Source: Waddliaceae bacterium (GTDB lineage Bacteria; Chlamydiota; Chlamydiia; Chlamydiales; Waddliaceae). Taken from it: 64,000 nt of DNA. This document shows, piece after piece, positions 9,212 to 19,062 of the stretch. The position numbers were made by a program, and so were the translations under genes. Every line of letters begins with the position of its first letter. Position 1 is the first letter of the stretch. The notes beneath the pieces were generated by a model. The model had not been told where the DNA came from. It ran no database searches and worked only from the letters and a program-made list of their open reading frames with translations. Location: positions 352,001-416,000 of the forward strand of contig CAVRUH010000001.1 in assembly GCA_963724325.1 (NCBI GenBank), written 5' to 3'.

Positions 9212-12037
9212 ATGGAAGAGAAAAAAATTAATGAACTTTTGGAGAAAATAGGGATACCCTTCGAAGATGGTCAGTTTTCTATGCGGCTGTTTAGAGAAAT
9301 TGATCAGGAATATGGCGAGATATCGCGTAATGCTGATATATCTGGAATTCAAGAAGGATGTGCAATTCGTAACATTCTAAAAACCAGAGAGATGGCGATT
9401 GCTATGATCAATGATGATGGCAAATTGGAAGAGCCTATTTTGGAAAAATATATCAAGCAGGTGTCCGCCAATCTATACTCATTAGATCCAAGCAGGGAAG
9501 CAGATGCGAAACGAAATGAACGAATAATTAGGGTTTTGAATCAGTTGAAATCGGATAAGGCGCTTGTTAAGGCATTGAATCGAGTCGGAAAGCCTCACAT
9601 GCACAAGTATGCCGATCAAATCATTAGAGATACCTTAAATATCCCGCCAAAAACCATTGTAACAGATGCTCATGCACGCAGGGCAGCTTTGTCGGCGCTA
9701 TTATGTTTTTTGCGACAAAATGTTGGCTCCTGTTTTGCTACAGCCCCTGCCATAATGGTTCATGATGAACAGCCTGACGTATTTCTTAATGATCTTCAGG
9801 AATTATTATCAACTGGAAGATTAAAAAGAACTTTCGGGGGTGTAGAGTATGCCGTTCCATTAAGTACAAGTTGGGGGGCCGGAGATCTGAAGAGAAAAAT
9901 TCATGCATCGGATGAAATTTGGAAATCTCCTGGATTGCAATTGGCATTTGAAACAGTTGGCATCGTCAATAAGCAACTTTCGCTTGAAGAAAGAACATGG
10001 ATTTCTCCAGAAGAGATTATTCAGCTAGTCCTTCAAGATCACTTTAAAATTAGTATAAAAGATATTGAGGAGTACGAAAACCGTCCAAAAGGAATGATAC
10101 ATGGCGGATTATTAATGCAACCGCCTATGACCGGATCAATTTTGGAGGGAAAAAGTCAGAATTATGAACACTACATTCAAGCTTTAGAGTCAGCTAAAAG
10201 TGCGTTTAAAGGGATTGAAGACAATGCTTTGCTTAAATCATGGGAATTTTCCTTGGCATCATTTTCAGAAACAAAATCGCAATTTACAAGATGGAATCTA
10301 TATTCCAGCCTTGGTTTGGGCCCTAATGAAGAAGGTGGAATAGGCCCATGTCTCATCGAAATCCTTCAAAAAAAACTTAATGAATGCAATGAAAAAGTTA
10401 AAGAGCATCAGGCAGAATACGAACAGCTGCACAATCAATTACAATTCATTCAAAGAAAACTCAAGAATGTCGGTAGTGAACAAGAGGCAAAATGGGTGAG
10501 GATCGAATACCAAACCAAAGTAAATGAATTTAATCTTCAGGAGGAATTGAGAAATAAGTATCATTACAAAGCACAAAAATATGCAAATTTTTTTGACGAA
10601 CTTGTTCACTTGTATGATAAAATTTTTCCAAAATTTTTCCAGGAAATTTATGACGCTGATATACATGAGGTGACCGCAGGACCTTATGACGATAGCCCTG
10701 CCGGTTTTCGTCTTGTGTACAAACACGGTAGAAGCAACACATCTCAGTGGACAAAAATTGAAAATCATTTCGACTTTATCGATGCTTTAACAAACTTTTT
10801 TGTCGCATCAGAAACTGAAATAGCGGGCGCTCCTGAAATGGCGAATCTGCAGGATGACGTTTCAGAAATTACATCGTCCATCGTAAATCATGTCCGTTCA
10901 AATGTTTTTCTTGAAACAGCATTCAATCGCATGGCAATCGCACACAACTCTCCTATTATTAAAGATCCGCTTGAAAATCTTGACAAAATTGAAAAAAAAC
11001 CCTGGGTATATACTTCTGGAGGGGCCATGGTCACTCTAGTTAGCTGTTACTTTAAACGAAACGAAAAGCCAACTGATGTGTCACGCTGGGTTGACAATCC
11101 AATGGAACTCCTTGTTTTCTTGGTAGATTCCATTAAAGAAATCCCAGATTATGTAAAAGATGAATTTGAGCAAAATCACGAAAAAGCCCTTTTAATGCAT
11201 TCACCAACACATGCCTTTCTATTAAAACCTGGTTACTCTCCATTTATTAGAGCTTGGAGAAATAAAGAATTCACCTACACATGGATTAGAGATAACCTTC
11301 TACGCAACAATGAACAATTTTGTAAGAAAATATACTTGGATGACGAGAAAATGAGATTCATCATCGATCATCTTGCCAAAAAAGTTTCGATTAATTATCG
11401 CTATTATTTTAAAGAAGTGTTTGGCTCCCTTGGCGGCGCCCTGACAACTAAAGATTTCCGCGAACATATCATCGACACAATGGAATCAACAATCGGTCTT
11501 CAACATAGACGACAGCACGTTTTAAGGGGGGAAGAAATTGATGCAACACTCTTTGAACAACTCCCCATCATCCCGACATATAAGCTAAAAGATCAAATCC
11601 AAATAGTGATTTCCGAACTCCCAGGCATCGATACAACCACTCAAGAAACTATTTTGAAAATCTATGATGATATTTCAGGAAAAATTGGTTCGCCAAAATT
11701 AGTTGGATCAAAATCATTTAAAGAACTAATCAAATCATTGATAATGCTAGCAACAAATAGTACTACCTCTATTTATGACTACACAAAACTCATTGCAGAA
11801 GTGGCTCAGAAACATGAATTCGCTCTTCCTCGCCCAATTATCTTTGCCGACACAAACTGGGTCAAAGACTATTTTGCTTTCCTTGTAAACCCAGGAACAT
11901 ATCAAACAGAACTATGGAGAACAGACTACACTGGCTCCGTTGGCGCTCCTATGGCCATCTGGGAACAATGGCTGAATGGCTCTCACAAAACCCCCACATG
12001 GGGCATCTATCCAAAACGCGTCGAATACAAATTCTGA
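9212..12037 (+). CDS. Large conserved chlamydial hypothetical protein (~940 aa) with papain-like motifs
   Basis: Long ORF; start moved to ATG 9212 to avoid overlap with thrS; RQNVGSCFA, THAFLL and DTNW motifs; central coiled coil. Confidence 0.75.
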   Translation: MEEKKINELLEKIGIPFEDGQFSMRLFREIDQEYGEISRNADISGIQEGCAIRNILKTREMAIAMINDDGKLEEPILEKYIKQVSANLYSLDPSREADAKRNERIIRVLNQLKSDKALVKALNRVGKPHMHKYADQIIRDTLNIPPKTIVTDAHARRAALSALLCFLRQNVGSCFATAPAIMVHDEQPDVFLNDLQELLSTGRLKRTFGGVEYAVPLSTSWGAGDLKRKIHASDEIWKSPGLQLAFETVGIVNKQLSLEERTWISPEEIIQLVLQDHFKISIKDIEEYENRPKGMIHGGLLMQPPMTGSILEGKSQNYEHYIQALESAKSAFKGIEDNALLKSWEFSLASFSETKSQFTRWNLYSSLGLGPNEEGGIGPCLIEILQKKLNECNEKVKEHQAEYEQLHNQLQFIQRKLKNVGSEQEAKWVRIEYQTKVNEFNLQEELRNKYHYKAQKYANFFDELVHLYDKIFPKFFQEIYDADIHEVTAGPYDDSPAGFRLVYKHGRSNTSQWTKIENHFDFIDALTNFFVASETEIAGAPEMANLQDDVSEITSSIVNHVRSNVFLETAFNRMAIAHNSPIIKDPLENLDKIEKKPWVYTSGGAMVTLVSCYFKRNEKPTDVSRWVDNPMELLVFLVDSIKEIPDYVKDEFEQNHEKALLMHSPTHAFLLKPGYSPFIRAWRNKEFTYTWIRDNLLRNNEQFCKKIYLDDEKMRFIIDHLAKKVSINYRYYFKEVFGSLGGALTTKDFREHIIDTMESTIGLQHRRQHVLRGEEIDATLFEQLPIIPTYKLKDQIQIVISELPGIDTTTQETILKIYDDISGKIGSPKLVGSKSFKELIKSLIMLATNSTTSIYDYTKLIAEVAQKHEFALPRPIIFADTNWVKDYFAFLVNPGTYQTELWRTDYTGSVGAPMAIWEQWLNGSHKTPTWGIYPKRVEYKF

Positions 12038-12190
12038 AAATCATCATCGATTTGCGGATTTTCATTTACAAATATAGGCAATGTTTCATATATATATTGC
12101 CAGAACTTTGGGATAAGTAGATTTTTTGAGGCTTTCGAGAATAATCCCAAAGTATACTTTCCATTGGAACAACTTAAAACGGAGAAAACA

Positions 12191-13582
12191 ATGAAGTTCT
12201 TCAAAGCATTATTACCGACTATGATGATGGTAGGGATGTTTTCTTTAACTCTACTGAGTGCAGAAAACAATCGCAACATATTGACCCGTTCATACGACTC
12301 TGCATTAGAAAGTCGACATGAAACTGAACTCACAGAAAAAGATTGGGAGGAGCTCTATAACTTAATTAACTCAAAACGAACAATCACACTCGCAGAAAAA
12401 AGCAATAACCTAACAATTGCCGGCGACGTTCGTGTCTTTTGGAGACATCCTAGAGAAGTATTTCACAGACGCCATAGCAGCAGTAGCAGCAGCGAAGAAA
12501 GCGGCAGTACAGAGATCGAAACCAGCTTTTCTGATGAAATTTCAGCATTTAGCGACAGCAGCGGTAGTTCAAGTCATTCAAGAGAAAATCATTTCTCTCA
12601 TGATAACTACTTCGATGTAGCACTCAACCTATACTTAGATTATGTGTGCGATCGCACATGGGCCGTTGCTCAACTTGAATATTTTAATAGCATGGGCATT
12701 GATCATAATCGCAATAGTTGGAGAGAACGCGAAAGTATGGATGGCAGCGGAGACGATGATAATCTGAACTTGAAAAAAGCTTATCTAGGCTATAACATAT
12801 GCTGCGGCGGTGATTCCCGTTTTGATATCGAACTAGGTCGCAGAAACCTCTACCACGTATTTGATTCAGAAGTAGAATTCCTAAGCCGTTTTGATGGCCT
12901 TCTTTTGAGATACACTGGCGCTTGGGATTGTTTATTCGACTACCATTTATACGTGGGCGGATTTGTCATTGATGAAAGAATAAACCAATTTGGATGGATT
13001 GCAGAAGTTGGCGCTGCCAATATCAATGATACACATTTTGATGCGTTATATTCGTTCATAGATTGGAAGAAAAACGGTACAAACAGATATCATGTTCACG
13101 ATCCTAAAGGAACCGATTTCTTGGTTTCTCAATGGTTGGTAAAGTATCATGTTGATCCAAACTTGACATGGTGCAGACCTTCACACTTCTATGGTGCATA
13201 TTTGAGAAATCATGATGCACGTAGATTAGAGCATCACAAACATAGAAGAAACAGTGCCTGGTACGTTGGTTACAGAATGGGCGAAGTTTTCGAACAGGGT
13301 GATTGGGCATTTGATGTTCAGTACCAATATGTCGAAGCTTTAGCAATACCCGATCAAGATGTTTCTGGCATCGGTCGTGGCAATTACTACGGTGAAACTG
13401 TAATATCAGAAGAACGTCTTGGAAATGGCAACTACAAGGGTTGGAGAGTTGAGTATTTATACGCAATTACTGATAACCTTAGTATCGATGCTTTCATAGA
13501 GGCCTCTAGAGCTGCAGATCAAGAAATTGGTGGAAGACACCGCTTCTCAGAAGTTCAAGTTGAAATGATCTACGCATTCTAA
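12191..13582 (+). CDS. Outer-membrane beta-barrel protein (CT623/'CHLPN 76 kDa-like' putative porin family)
   Basis: GGAGA RBS, signal peptide, IAGDVR and GIGRGN motifs, amphipathic beta strands, C-terminal YAF; Ser-rich insert. Confidence 0.75.
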   Translation: MKFFKALLPTMMMVGMFSLTLLSAENNRNILTRSYDSALESRHETELTEKDWEELYNLINSKRTITLAEKSNNLTIAGDVRVFWRHPREVFHRRHSSSSSSEESGSTEIETSFSDEISAFSDSSGSSSHSRENHFSHDNYFDVALNLYLDYVCDRTWAVAQLEYFNSMGIDHNRNSWRERESMDGSGDDDNLNLKKAYLGYNICCGGDSRFDIELGRRNLYHVFDSEVEFLSRFDGLLLRYTGAWDCLFDYHLYVGGFVIDERINQFGWIAEVGAANINDTHFDALYSFIDWKKNGTNRYHVHDPKGTDFLVSQWLVKYHVDPNLTWCRPSHFYGAYLRNHDARRLEHHKHRRNSAWYVGYRMGEVFEQGDWAFDVQYQYVEALAIPDQDVSGIGRGNYYGETVISEERLGNGNYKGWRVEYLYAITDNLSIDAFIEASRAADQEIGGRHRFSEVQVEMIYAF

Positions 13583-13586
13583 GCTG

Positions 13587-13742
13587 CTGTGGCCTGCTGC
13601 CTCCTGTGGCCTGCTGTCTCCTGTGGCCTGCTGCCTCCGGCAGCAGGCCGCCGGCTCTCGGAGAGAGCCGGCCACATCTTGTTCCGGCTCTCGGAGAGAG
13701 CTGGCCACATCCTGCTCCGGCTCTTGAAGAGAGCTGGAGCAC
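13587..13742. repeat. GC-rich tandem hairpin repeats (3x17 bp then 3x33 bp) between convergent genes
   Basis: ctgtggcctgctgyctc at 13587, 13604, 13621; ccggctct-N-agagagcygg hairpin units at 13651, 13684, 13717. Confidence 0.9.
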
Positions 13743-13747
13743 ATTTA

Positions 13748-14578
13748 TTATTTAAAAATTGGGCTTTGATATACGTCTTTAAGGGAATAGAATTTGGTGA
13801 TTGTTTCACCAACTTTATAGACTAAATAATTTTTCTCTTGTGATATCGTATATGTGTGCAACTTTCTTTCATCATTCAAAACTTCTAGTATATAATTGGC
13901 CGGTGTCGAAGAATCTAATCTTATTTTCTTTATGCCAACTTTCAAAGTCTTGTCGAATTCATGCAAAAGATTCGCATTTTTTCCAAGTGCTATGGGATGA
14001 AACCAAGTTTGTTCCATTATCTTTACTAGACGACCAAATGGGTACTTGTGTGTCGTTTTCCAGTTATTACTATTGAACACGAGCCTACAAATATCTTCTC
14101 TTAAATCCTTGGGAACTTTGAGTCTATTTAGAATCAAAAATATGTTCTTCGATATTTCACTTATTAATTTAATGTCTTGGGGCAAAAATACCGGAGCAGA
14201 TAGGGCACAATTTACCATTGAGATATTAAGATAGGAACTAAATTGCCAACGAAATAAGCAACAATTATTGCAGCCATAATTACATAAACCGGATGCAAAA
14301 ACATATCCAGATAAAAATTGTGAACAATATATAGCATTGAAAAAAAATCTATCAGCAATGTAAACAGTCTTGGAATTTTTCGGATAGAAAAGGATCTGAT
14401 TTGTATGTATGATTGGTTGGCAATAATGTTGATGACCTGTAGTGAATTTGGGTGATTTTGTCCGCTCAAATTCAAAATTATTTACTTCTTTTAAATATAG
14501 TTGTTTTTCGTGCTCGAAAAAAAGATTATGATAAAATTGTGTTGTTGATAAATCTATATTTGAATTCATCGTAATCAC
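13748..14578 (-). CDS. Putative effector with C-terminal SH2-like domain (paralog 1)
   Basis: C-terminus WFHPI..NANLL..VGIKKIRLDSSTPANYILEV..KLHTYTI..FYSLKDV follows the SH2 pattern; AGGAG RBS before GTG. Confidence 0.65.
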   Translation of the reverse strand: MITMNSNIDLSTTQFYHNLFFEHEKQLYLKEVNNFEFERTKSPKFTTGHQHYCQPIIHTNQILFYPKNSKTVYIADRFFFNAIYCSQFLSGYVFASGLCNYGCNNCCLFRWQFSSYLNISMVNCALSAPVFLPQDIKLISEISKNIFLILNRLKVPKDLREDICRLVFNSNNWKTTHKYPFGRLVKIMEQTWFHPIALGKNANLLHEFDKTLKVGIKKIRLDSSTPANYILEVLNDERKLHTYTISQEKNYLVYKVGETITKFYSLKDVYQSPIFK

Positions 14579-14602
14579 ACTTTTCTCCTTATCATTTTGG
14601 AA

Positions 14603-15427
14603 TTATTTAAAAATTTTACTGTCATACACGTCTTTCAGGGAGTAGAATCTGGTGATATTTTCGCCAACTTCATAGACTAAATAACCATCCTCTTGTAATA
14701 TCGTATATGTATGCAACTTTCTTTCATCATTCAAAACTTCTAGTATATAATTGATTGGTGTCGAAGAATCTATTCTTATTTTTTTGGTGCCAACCTTTAA
14801 TTGTGTATCGGATTCAGACAAAAGATTTCCTTTTCTAGGTGCAATAGGGTCAAACCAAGTTTGTTCCATTATCTTTACTAGACGACCAAATGGGTACTTG
14901 TGTGTCGTTCTCCAGTTATCACAATTAAACACGTGCTTACAAATAATTTCTCTTAATTCCTTGGGCACTTTGAGTCTATTTAGAATCAAAAATATGTTCT
15001 TCGATATTTCACTTATTAATTTAATGTCTTGAGGCAAAAATACCGGAGCCGCTATGGCAATTTTCACTATTGATTTATTAAAATAGGCGCCAAATTGCTT
15101 TTTAAACGACATGCAATCATCGCAGAAATCCCGGCAAAACTTGCCTCCATAATCATAAATATAAAAATGTTTTAAATAATACGTATAATTATAAAAAAAC
15201 CTATCGGCAATATACACAGTCTTGGTTCCCTCTGGATTAAAAAGGAACTTATTTGTATGTATGATTGGTTGGCAAGAATAATAATTTGTATTGAATGCGG
15301 GCGAATTAGACTGTTCAAATTCAAAATCACTTGGCATCTTTAATTTAACCTGCTCATTATACTCTGAAAAAAGTTCCTGATAAAATAGTACTGTAGATAA
15401 ATCTTTATTTGAATCCAGCGTATTCAC
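14603..15427 (-). CDS. Putative effector with C-terminal SH2-like domain (paralog 2)
   Basis: Clear paralog of 13748..14578; start placed at GTG 15427 behind AAGGAG (the ORF track extends to 15463). Confidence 0.65.
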   Translation of the reverse strand: MNTLDSNKDLSTVLFYQELFSEYNEQVKLKMPSDFEFEQSNSPAFNTNYYSCQPIIHTNKFLFNPEGTKTVYIADRFFYNYTYYLKHFYIYDYGGKFCRDFCDDCMSFKKQFGAYFNKSIVKIAIAAPVFLPQDIKLISEISKNIFLILNRLKVPKELREIICKHVFNCDNWRTTHKYPFGRLVKIMEQTWFDPIAPRKGNLLSESDTQLKVGTKKIRIDSSTPINYILEVLNDERKLHTYTILQEDGYLVYEVGENITRFYSLKDVYDSKIFK

Positions 15428-15530
15428 ATTTTTCTCCTTGTTGATTCGGAATTTGGCAGTCATTCTACCAGAGAACTGAATTACCGTCTAATGTATACGA
15501 GAAGTACTTTCACACTGTTTAGAGAGGGTC

Positions 15531-16331
15531 CTATGCTCTTTCCACTTTGTTGATTTCTATGGGGATGCCGAGAAAACCTTTGCCCATGGTCTGGAAGCGG
15601 TGTGGATCATCAGAGACGAAAAAACGTTGGAAAGACCTTTGCTCTTGAGTATTGGCCAAATCACTCTTATGGAGAACATGGCGAAGCCGTTGGGCACAGG
15701 CTGAGGCTGAGTTTATTACTTTTTTATCTGGCCCTACCTCTTCCTGTATCAAATTGGCCAATAAAGGATAATGTGTGCAGCCCAGCAAAACTGTATCTAC
15801 ATTGCTTTCGATAATCGGCTTTAAATAGTCTTTTAGAATCATACGTGTGACGGCATGATCGATGAAATTTTCTTCAACCAATGGAACCAATAGAGGGCAG
15901 GCAATGGGCAAAATAATTGCCTCTGGCTTTCTTTTCCAAATTTCTCTCGAATACACCCCCGAATTAATGGTTCCACGGGTTCCTAAAACAGCAATATTTC
16001 CTGTTTTGCTTAATTCAATAGCTTTCTCAACGCCAGGCTCAATGACTCCAATCAAGGGAATTTGAAATTGCTTTCCAAGTTCATCAATAGCGAGAGCTGT
16101 TGCTGTGTTGCAGGCAACTACGATTGCTTTTACGTCGTGAGAAAGTAGAAAATGGGTATTTTCAATAGAATAGCGAATAATGGTTTCAGGACTCTTTTCT
16201 CCGTAGGGAAGCCTTGCGGTATCCCCGAAGTAAATAATGTTCTCCTGGGGCAGCGTATGCATTATTTGTTGCATTACGGTGAGCCCGCCTATTCCTGAAT
16301 CAAAAATGCCGATGGCCTTTGTTTTTGTCAT
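15531..16331 (-). CDS. murI: Glutamate racemase
   Basis: FDSGIGGLTV, ACNTAT, LGCTHYP. Confidence 0.97.
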   Translation of the reverse strand: MTKTKAIGIFDSGIGGLTVMQQIMHTLPQENIIYFGDTARLPYGEKSPETIIRYSIENTHFLLSHDVKAIVVACNTATALAIDELGKQFQIPLIGVIEPGVEKAIELSKTGNIAVLGTRGTINSGVYSREIWKRKPEAIILPIACPLLVPLVEENFIDHAVTRMILKDYLKPIIESNVDTVLLGCTHYPLLANLIQEEVGPDKKVINSASACAQRLRHVLHKSDLANTQEQRSFQRFFVSDDPHRFQTMGKGFLGIPIEINKVERA

Positions 16332-16933
16332 GGAAGCTTCAAAATTTGGCCGATAACAATTTTTTCGCCTTTCAAGCTATTTAAAGCAATCAGTTCTTTT
16401 ACAGAGGTTTTATTTTTTCGGGCAATTTTTTCTAAAGTGTCACCCGACATAACTGAATATATTTTTGTGCTGGCTGCAAGATTTACTTGCATTGCTTCCA
16501 TGAGGGTTTTTAGTGCACCCTGAAGGGCTTCAGTATTATCTGAAAGCTCGCCGATCTTTTGTTTGTATTGTTTGAGAGCGTTGGCCGATTCATTTTGGTG
16601 TGTTTGAATTTGTTTGATGTCGGCTGTTATAGTTTTTAGGCTGGATTCTAAAGAAAGAATGCGGTTTTCGAGACCCACAGATTGACCTCTTACGGCATCT
16701 TTTTGGGCTTTTGCGGCATCTTGAACTTGGTCGCGCATGGATTCAAGGATTGTCAATGAGTTGTTGAGCTTTTCATCAAAAATTCGAAGTTCAGTCGTGT
16801 GGTTAGAGACCTCCATTTGGAGGTCGTCTACTTTGTCTTGTATGCTATAGGGCTTTTTGGGCACCGCATGGGCATACAGGACTATTCCAAAAGAAAATAG
16901 TAAGATCCAAACAGTTTTCATTCTTAGCGCCAA
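16328..16933 (-). CDS. LysM-domain coiled-coil protein (CpoB/CT601-like position in the tol-pal operon)
   Basis: Signal peptide, coiled coil, C-terminal YSVMSGDTLEKIARK LysM domain. Confidence 0.88.
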   Translation of the reverse strand: MALRMKTVWILLFSFGIVLYAHAVPKKPYSIQDKVDDLQMEVSNHTTELRIFDEKLNNSLTILESMRDQVQDAAKAQKDAVRGQSVGLENRILSLESSLKTITADIKQIQTHQNESANALKQYKQKIGELSDNTEALQGALKTLMEAMQVNLAASTKIYSVMSGDTLEKIARKNKTSVKELIALNSLKGEKIVIGQILKLP

Positions 16934-17616
16934 TAAACCTTAAATTCTGCTCGTCTATTTACTGCCCAAGATTCTTCGTCGTGTCCAGGAACAACCGGCC
17001 TTTCTTTACCATAGGATACGGTGAAAAGACGTTGTTGGTCGATGCCATGTTTAATGAGCTGTTCAGTGACAGAATTGCATCTGCGAGAACCTAGAGCAAA
17101 GTTATAGGCTTCTGCACCTCTTTCATCGCAGTGACCTTCGACAAAGACGTATGAGTTTTCATGCGCTTTCATGTAGTCAGCAATTGCACGAACCGTATTC
17201 ATGTTTTCGGTGCCCTTGATCAGACTGCTATTATAGGGGAAGGAAATGTTATTAAAAATTCCTGCTAGTTCCGGCATGTTTTTCGGATCTAGGAAATTTT
17301 CAATGCCAGGAACTGCGCTTCCGGGATCGCCTGGACTAATTTGAGCAGTAGCGCCTTCGGGTATGACTTCGCCGGGGATTGATATAAAATCTGGGTCAGC
17401 AATGGCCACCTCATCGGAGCCATCTTCTTTGCACAAAAAGTCTTCTCTGCGGTGGATGGGGCGTGAGCCATCATTCATTCCCATGAGGCTTTTGATTCCG
17501 TGCTTCATGTGTCTGCTTGCGGTTTTTGTATCGTCCCACACATCTTCTGAGGAGCGGGTGCATCCTGTGAATGTTAGGAGAACAAGCAACAGTGATAATA
17601 TTTTGAAAGTTTTCAT
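16924..17616 (-). CDS. pal: Peptidoglycan-associated lipoprotein
   Basis: Lipobox FTGC; EGHCDERG, YNFALGSRR, SYGKERP, NRRAEF. Confidence 0.93.
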   Translation of the reverse strand: MKTFKILSLLLVLLTFTGCTRSSEDVWDDTKTASRHMKHGIKSLMGMNDGSRPIHRREDFLCKEDGSDEVAIADPDFISIPGEVIPEGATAQISPGDPGSAVPGIENFLDPKNMPELAGIFNNISFPYNSSLIKGTENMNTVRAIADYMKAHENSYVFVEGHCDERGAEAYNFALGSRRCNSVTEQLIKHGIDQQRLFTVSYGKERPVVPGHDEESWAVNRRAEFKVYWR

Positions 17617-17682
17617 TTGAACCTCGTCCTTATTTTCATTGGAAATGGATAATAACAGATTTCATAAAATTCATCAAAAAAA

Positions 17683-18951
17683 TTAAGGCATAAAGTTAGG
17701 AAAATGTTTCTCTCCGGTTCCGGAGGAAATTTTAACTGCCTTAGGTTGTTTAAGATTAACAAGATATAACTCGCTGTTATTGGTGCCTGTCGAGTTAAAT
17801 ATCAGGTGCAAGCTGTTGCGGGCCCAGGTTGGATTCTCTTTATTGCCTGGACCTTGGGTTAATTGGGTCTCGGTTTTCTTGGTTACGTCGTAGATCCAGA
17901 TTTGCCTGACTCCCTTTGTTGTGGCGCAAAATGCGATTTTGGTACCATCTGGAGACCATGCGGGGGCTGTGCTTTCTTGGCAAGCTTTTGATATTAATTG
18001 GGGCTTTATATCCTTCAGGGCAGTTTCTGGAGAGGGTATGTTCAGGATATAGATTCTGGGTGCGCCATCTTTGTTGGAAACAAAGGCAATTTTTTTGCCA
18101 TCGGGACTGAATGTGGGAGTGCCTTGTGTTGCTTGACCGCTTGTGAAGATTTTTCTAGGTTTGCCTTGGGGGCCGGTTTCAGGAGAATATGGGAGGATAA
18201 AGAGGTCGGGATTTCCTGTGATGTCGCTTATGAATGCTACTTGATCTCTTTGACGAGATAATGTGGGCATGAATTGGTTGCCGCCTAGATAACTAAGACG
18301 TTTTCCTGCGCCATCTTGGAGGGAAGCAAAGAATATTTTCGGCTGCCCCATTTTGTATGAAACGTAAAAAAAGGCGCCGGGAGCTTTTCCTGGGCTAGGG
18401 GGCATGTAGGCTGGGGTGACGCAGTACCCGCCGTTTTTAGTCACTTGACGTGCGTTGCATCCGTCGTAATCTGCTTCCCAAACTTCTGAGAATGGCTTTC
18501 CGCCTTTCATAGTTTTGACTGTGTATAATACACGCGTTGAGGCAATGCCTTCGATGCCGAATAGTGTTTTTTGGATGGAATCGGCAACTTTGTGGATGAC
18601 ACGACGATCTTCGTTTAGAATCCCGCTTAGGGGGATGTCGCGAGTTGAAGTTCCCCCTTTGCCTGTTTTTGAAGTGACATTGGCATCAAGTTTTTTGTCA
18701 TGAACGCGGACTTCAATGGAGAAAACCCCGTCGGTTGAAAGGGTGCTCATGCCGTTATTGTTCATATCGAAGCGGAAAACTTCTTCTAGTTTTTTGACAT
18801 AGCCATTTTCGAATCCCGATTTTTCTTCTTTGAATGGGGTTAGGGAAATGGGAGTTAATGTGTTTTCAGTCCCTACTTGGACGATAATTTCTTCATCAGC
18901 TTCAAGAATAAAAGGTAAACAAGTCAAAATGACAAAAAGTATATGCATCAT
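17683..18951 (-). CDS. tolB: Tol-Pal beta-propeller protein
   Basis: PD40 repeats (FSPDGKKIAF, WSPDGTKIAF); operon context. Confidence 0.93.
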   Translation of the reverse strand: MMHILFVILTCLPFILEADEEIIVQVGTENTLTPISLTPFKEEKSGFENGYVKKLEEVFRFDMNNNGMSTLSTDGVFSIEVRVHDKKLDANVTSKTGKGGTSTRDIPLSGILNEDRRVIHKVADSIQKTLFGIEGIASTRVLYTVKTMKGGKPFSEVWEADYDGCNARQVTKNGGYCVTPAYMPPSPGKAPGAFFYVSYKMGQPKIFFASLQDGAGKRLSYLGGNQFMPTLSRQRDQVAFISDITGNPDLFILPYSPETGPQGKPRKIFTSGQATQGTPTFSPDGKKIAFVSNKDGAPRIYILNIPSPETALKDIKPQLISKACQESTAPAWSPDGTKIAFCATTKGVRQIWIYDVTKKTETQLTQGPGNKENPTWARNSLHLIFNSTGTNNSELYLVNLKQPKAVKISSGTGEKHFPNFMP

Positions 18952-19062
18952 AATATTTCTTCCGTTATGACCAATATAAAACCTGAAAAGGTAATTATCG
19001 GCAAGGTTTTTTATGTAAAAAGGCGTGTGTTGTAAATGGCTTTGCGGGATGGCGAGGATTTT

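Noticed and set aside
13587..13742. Possible mini-CRISPR and ORFs 13506-13825
   Set aside because: No variable spacers; the ORFs are translations of the repeat
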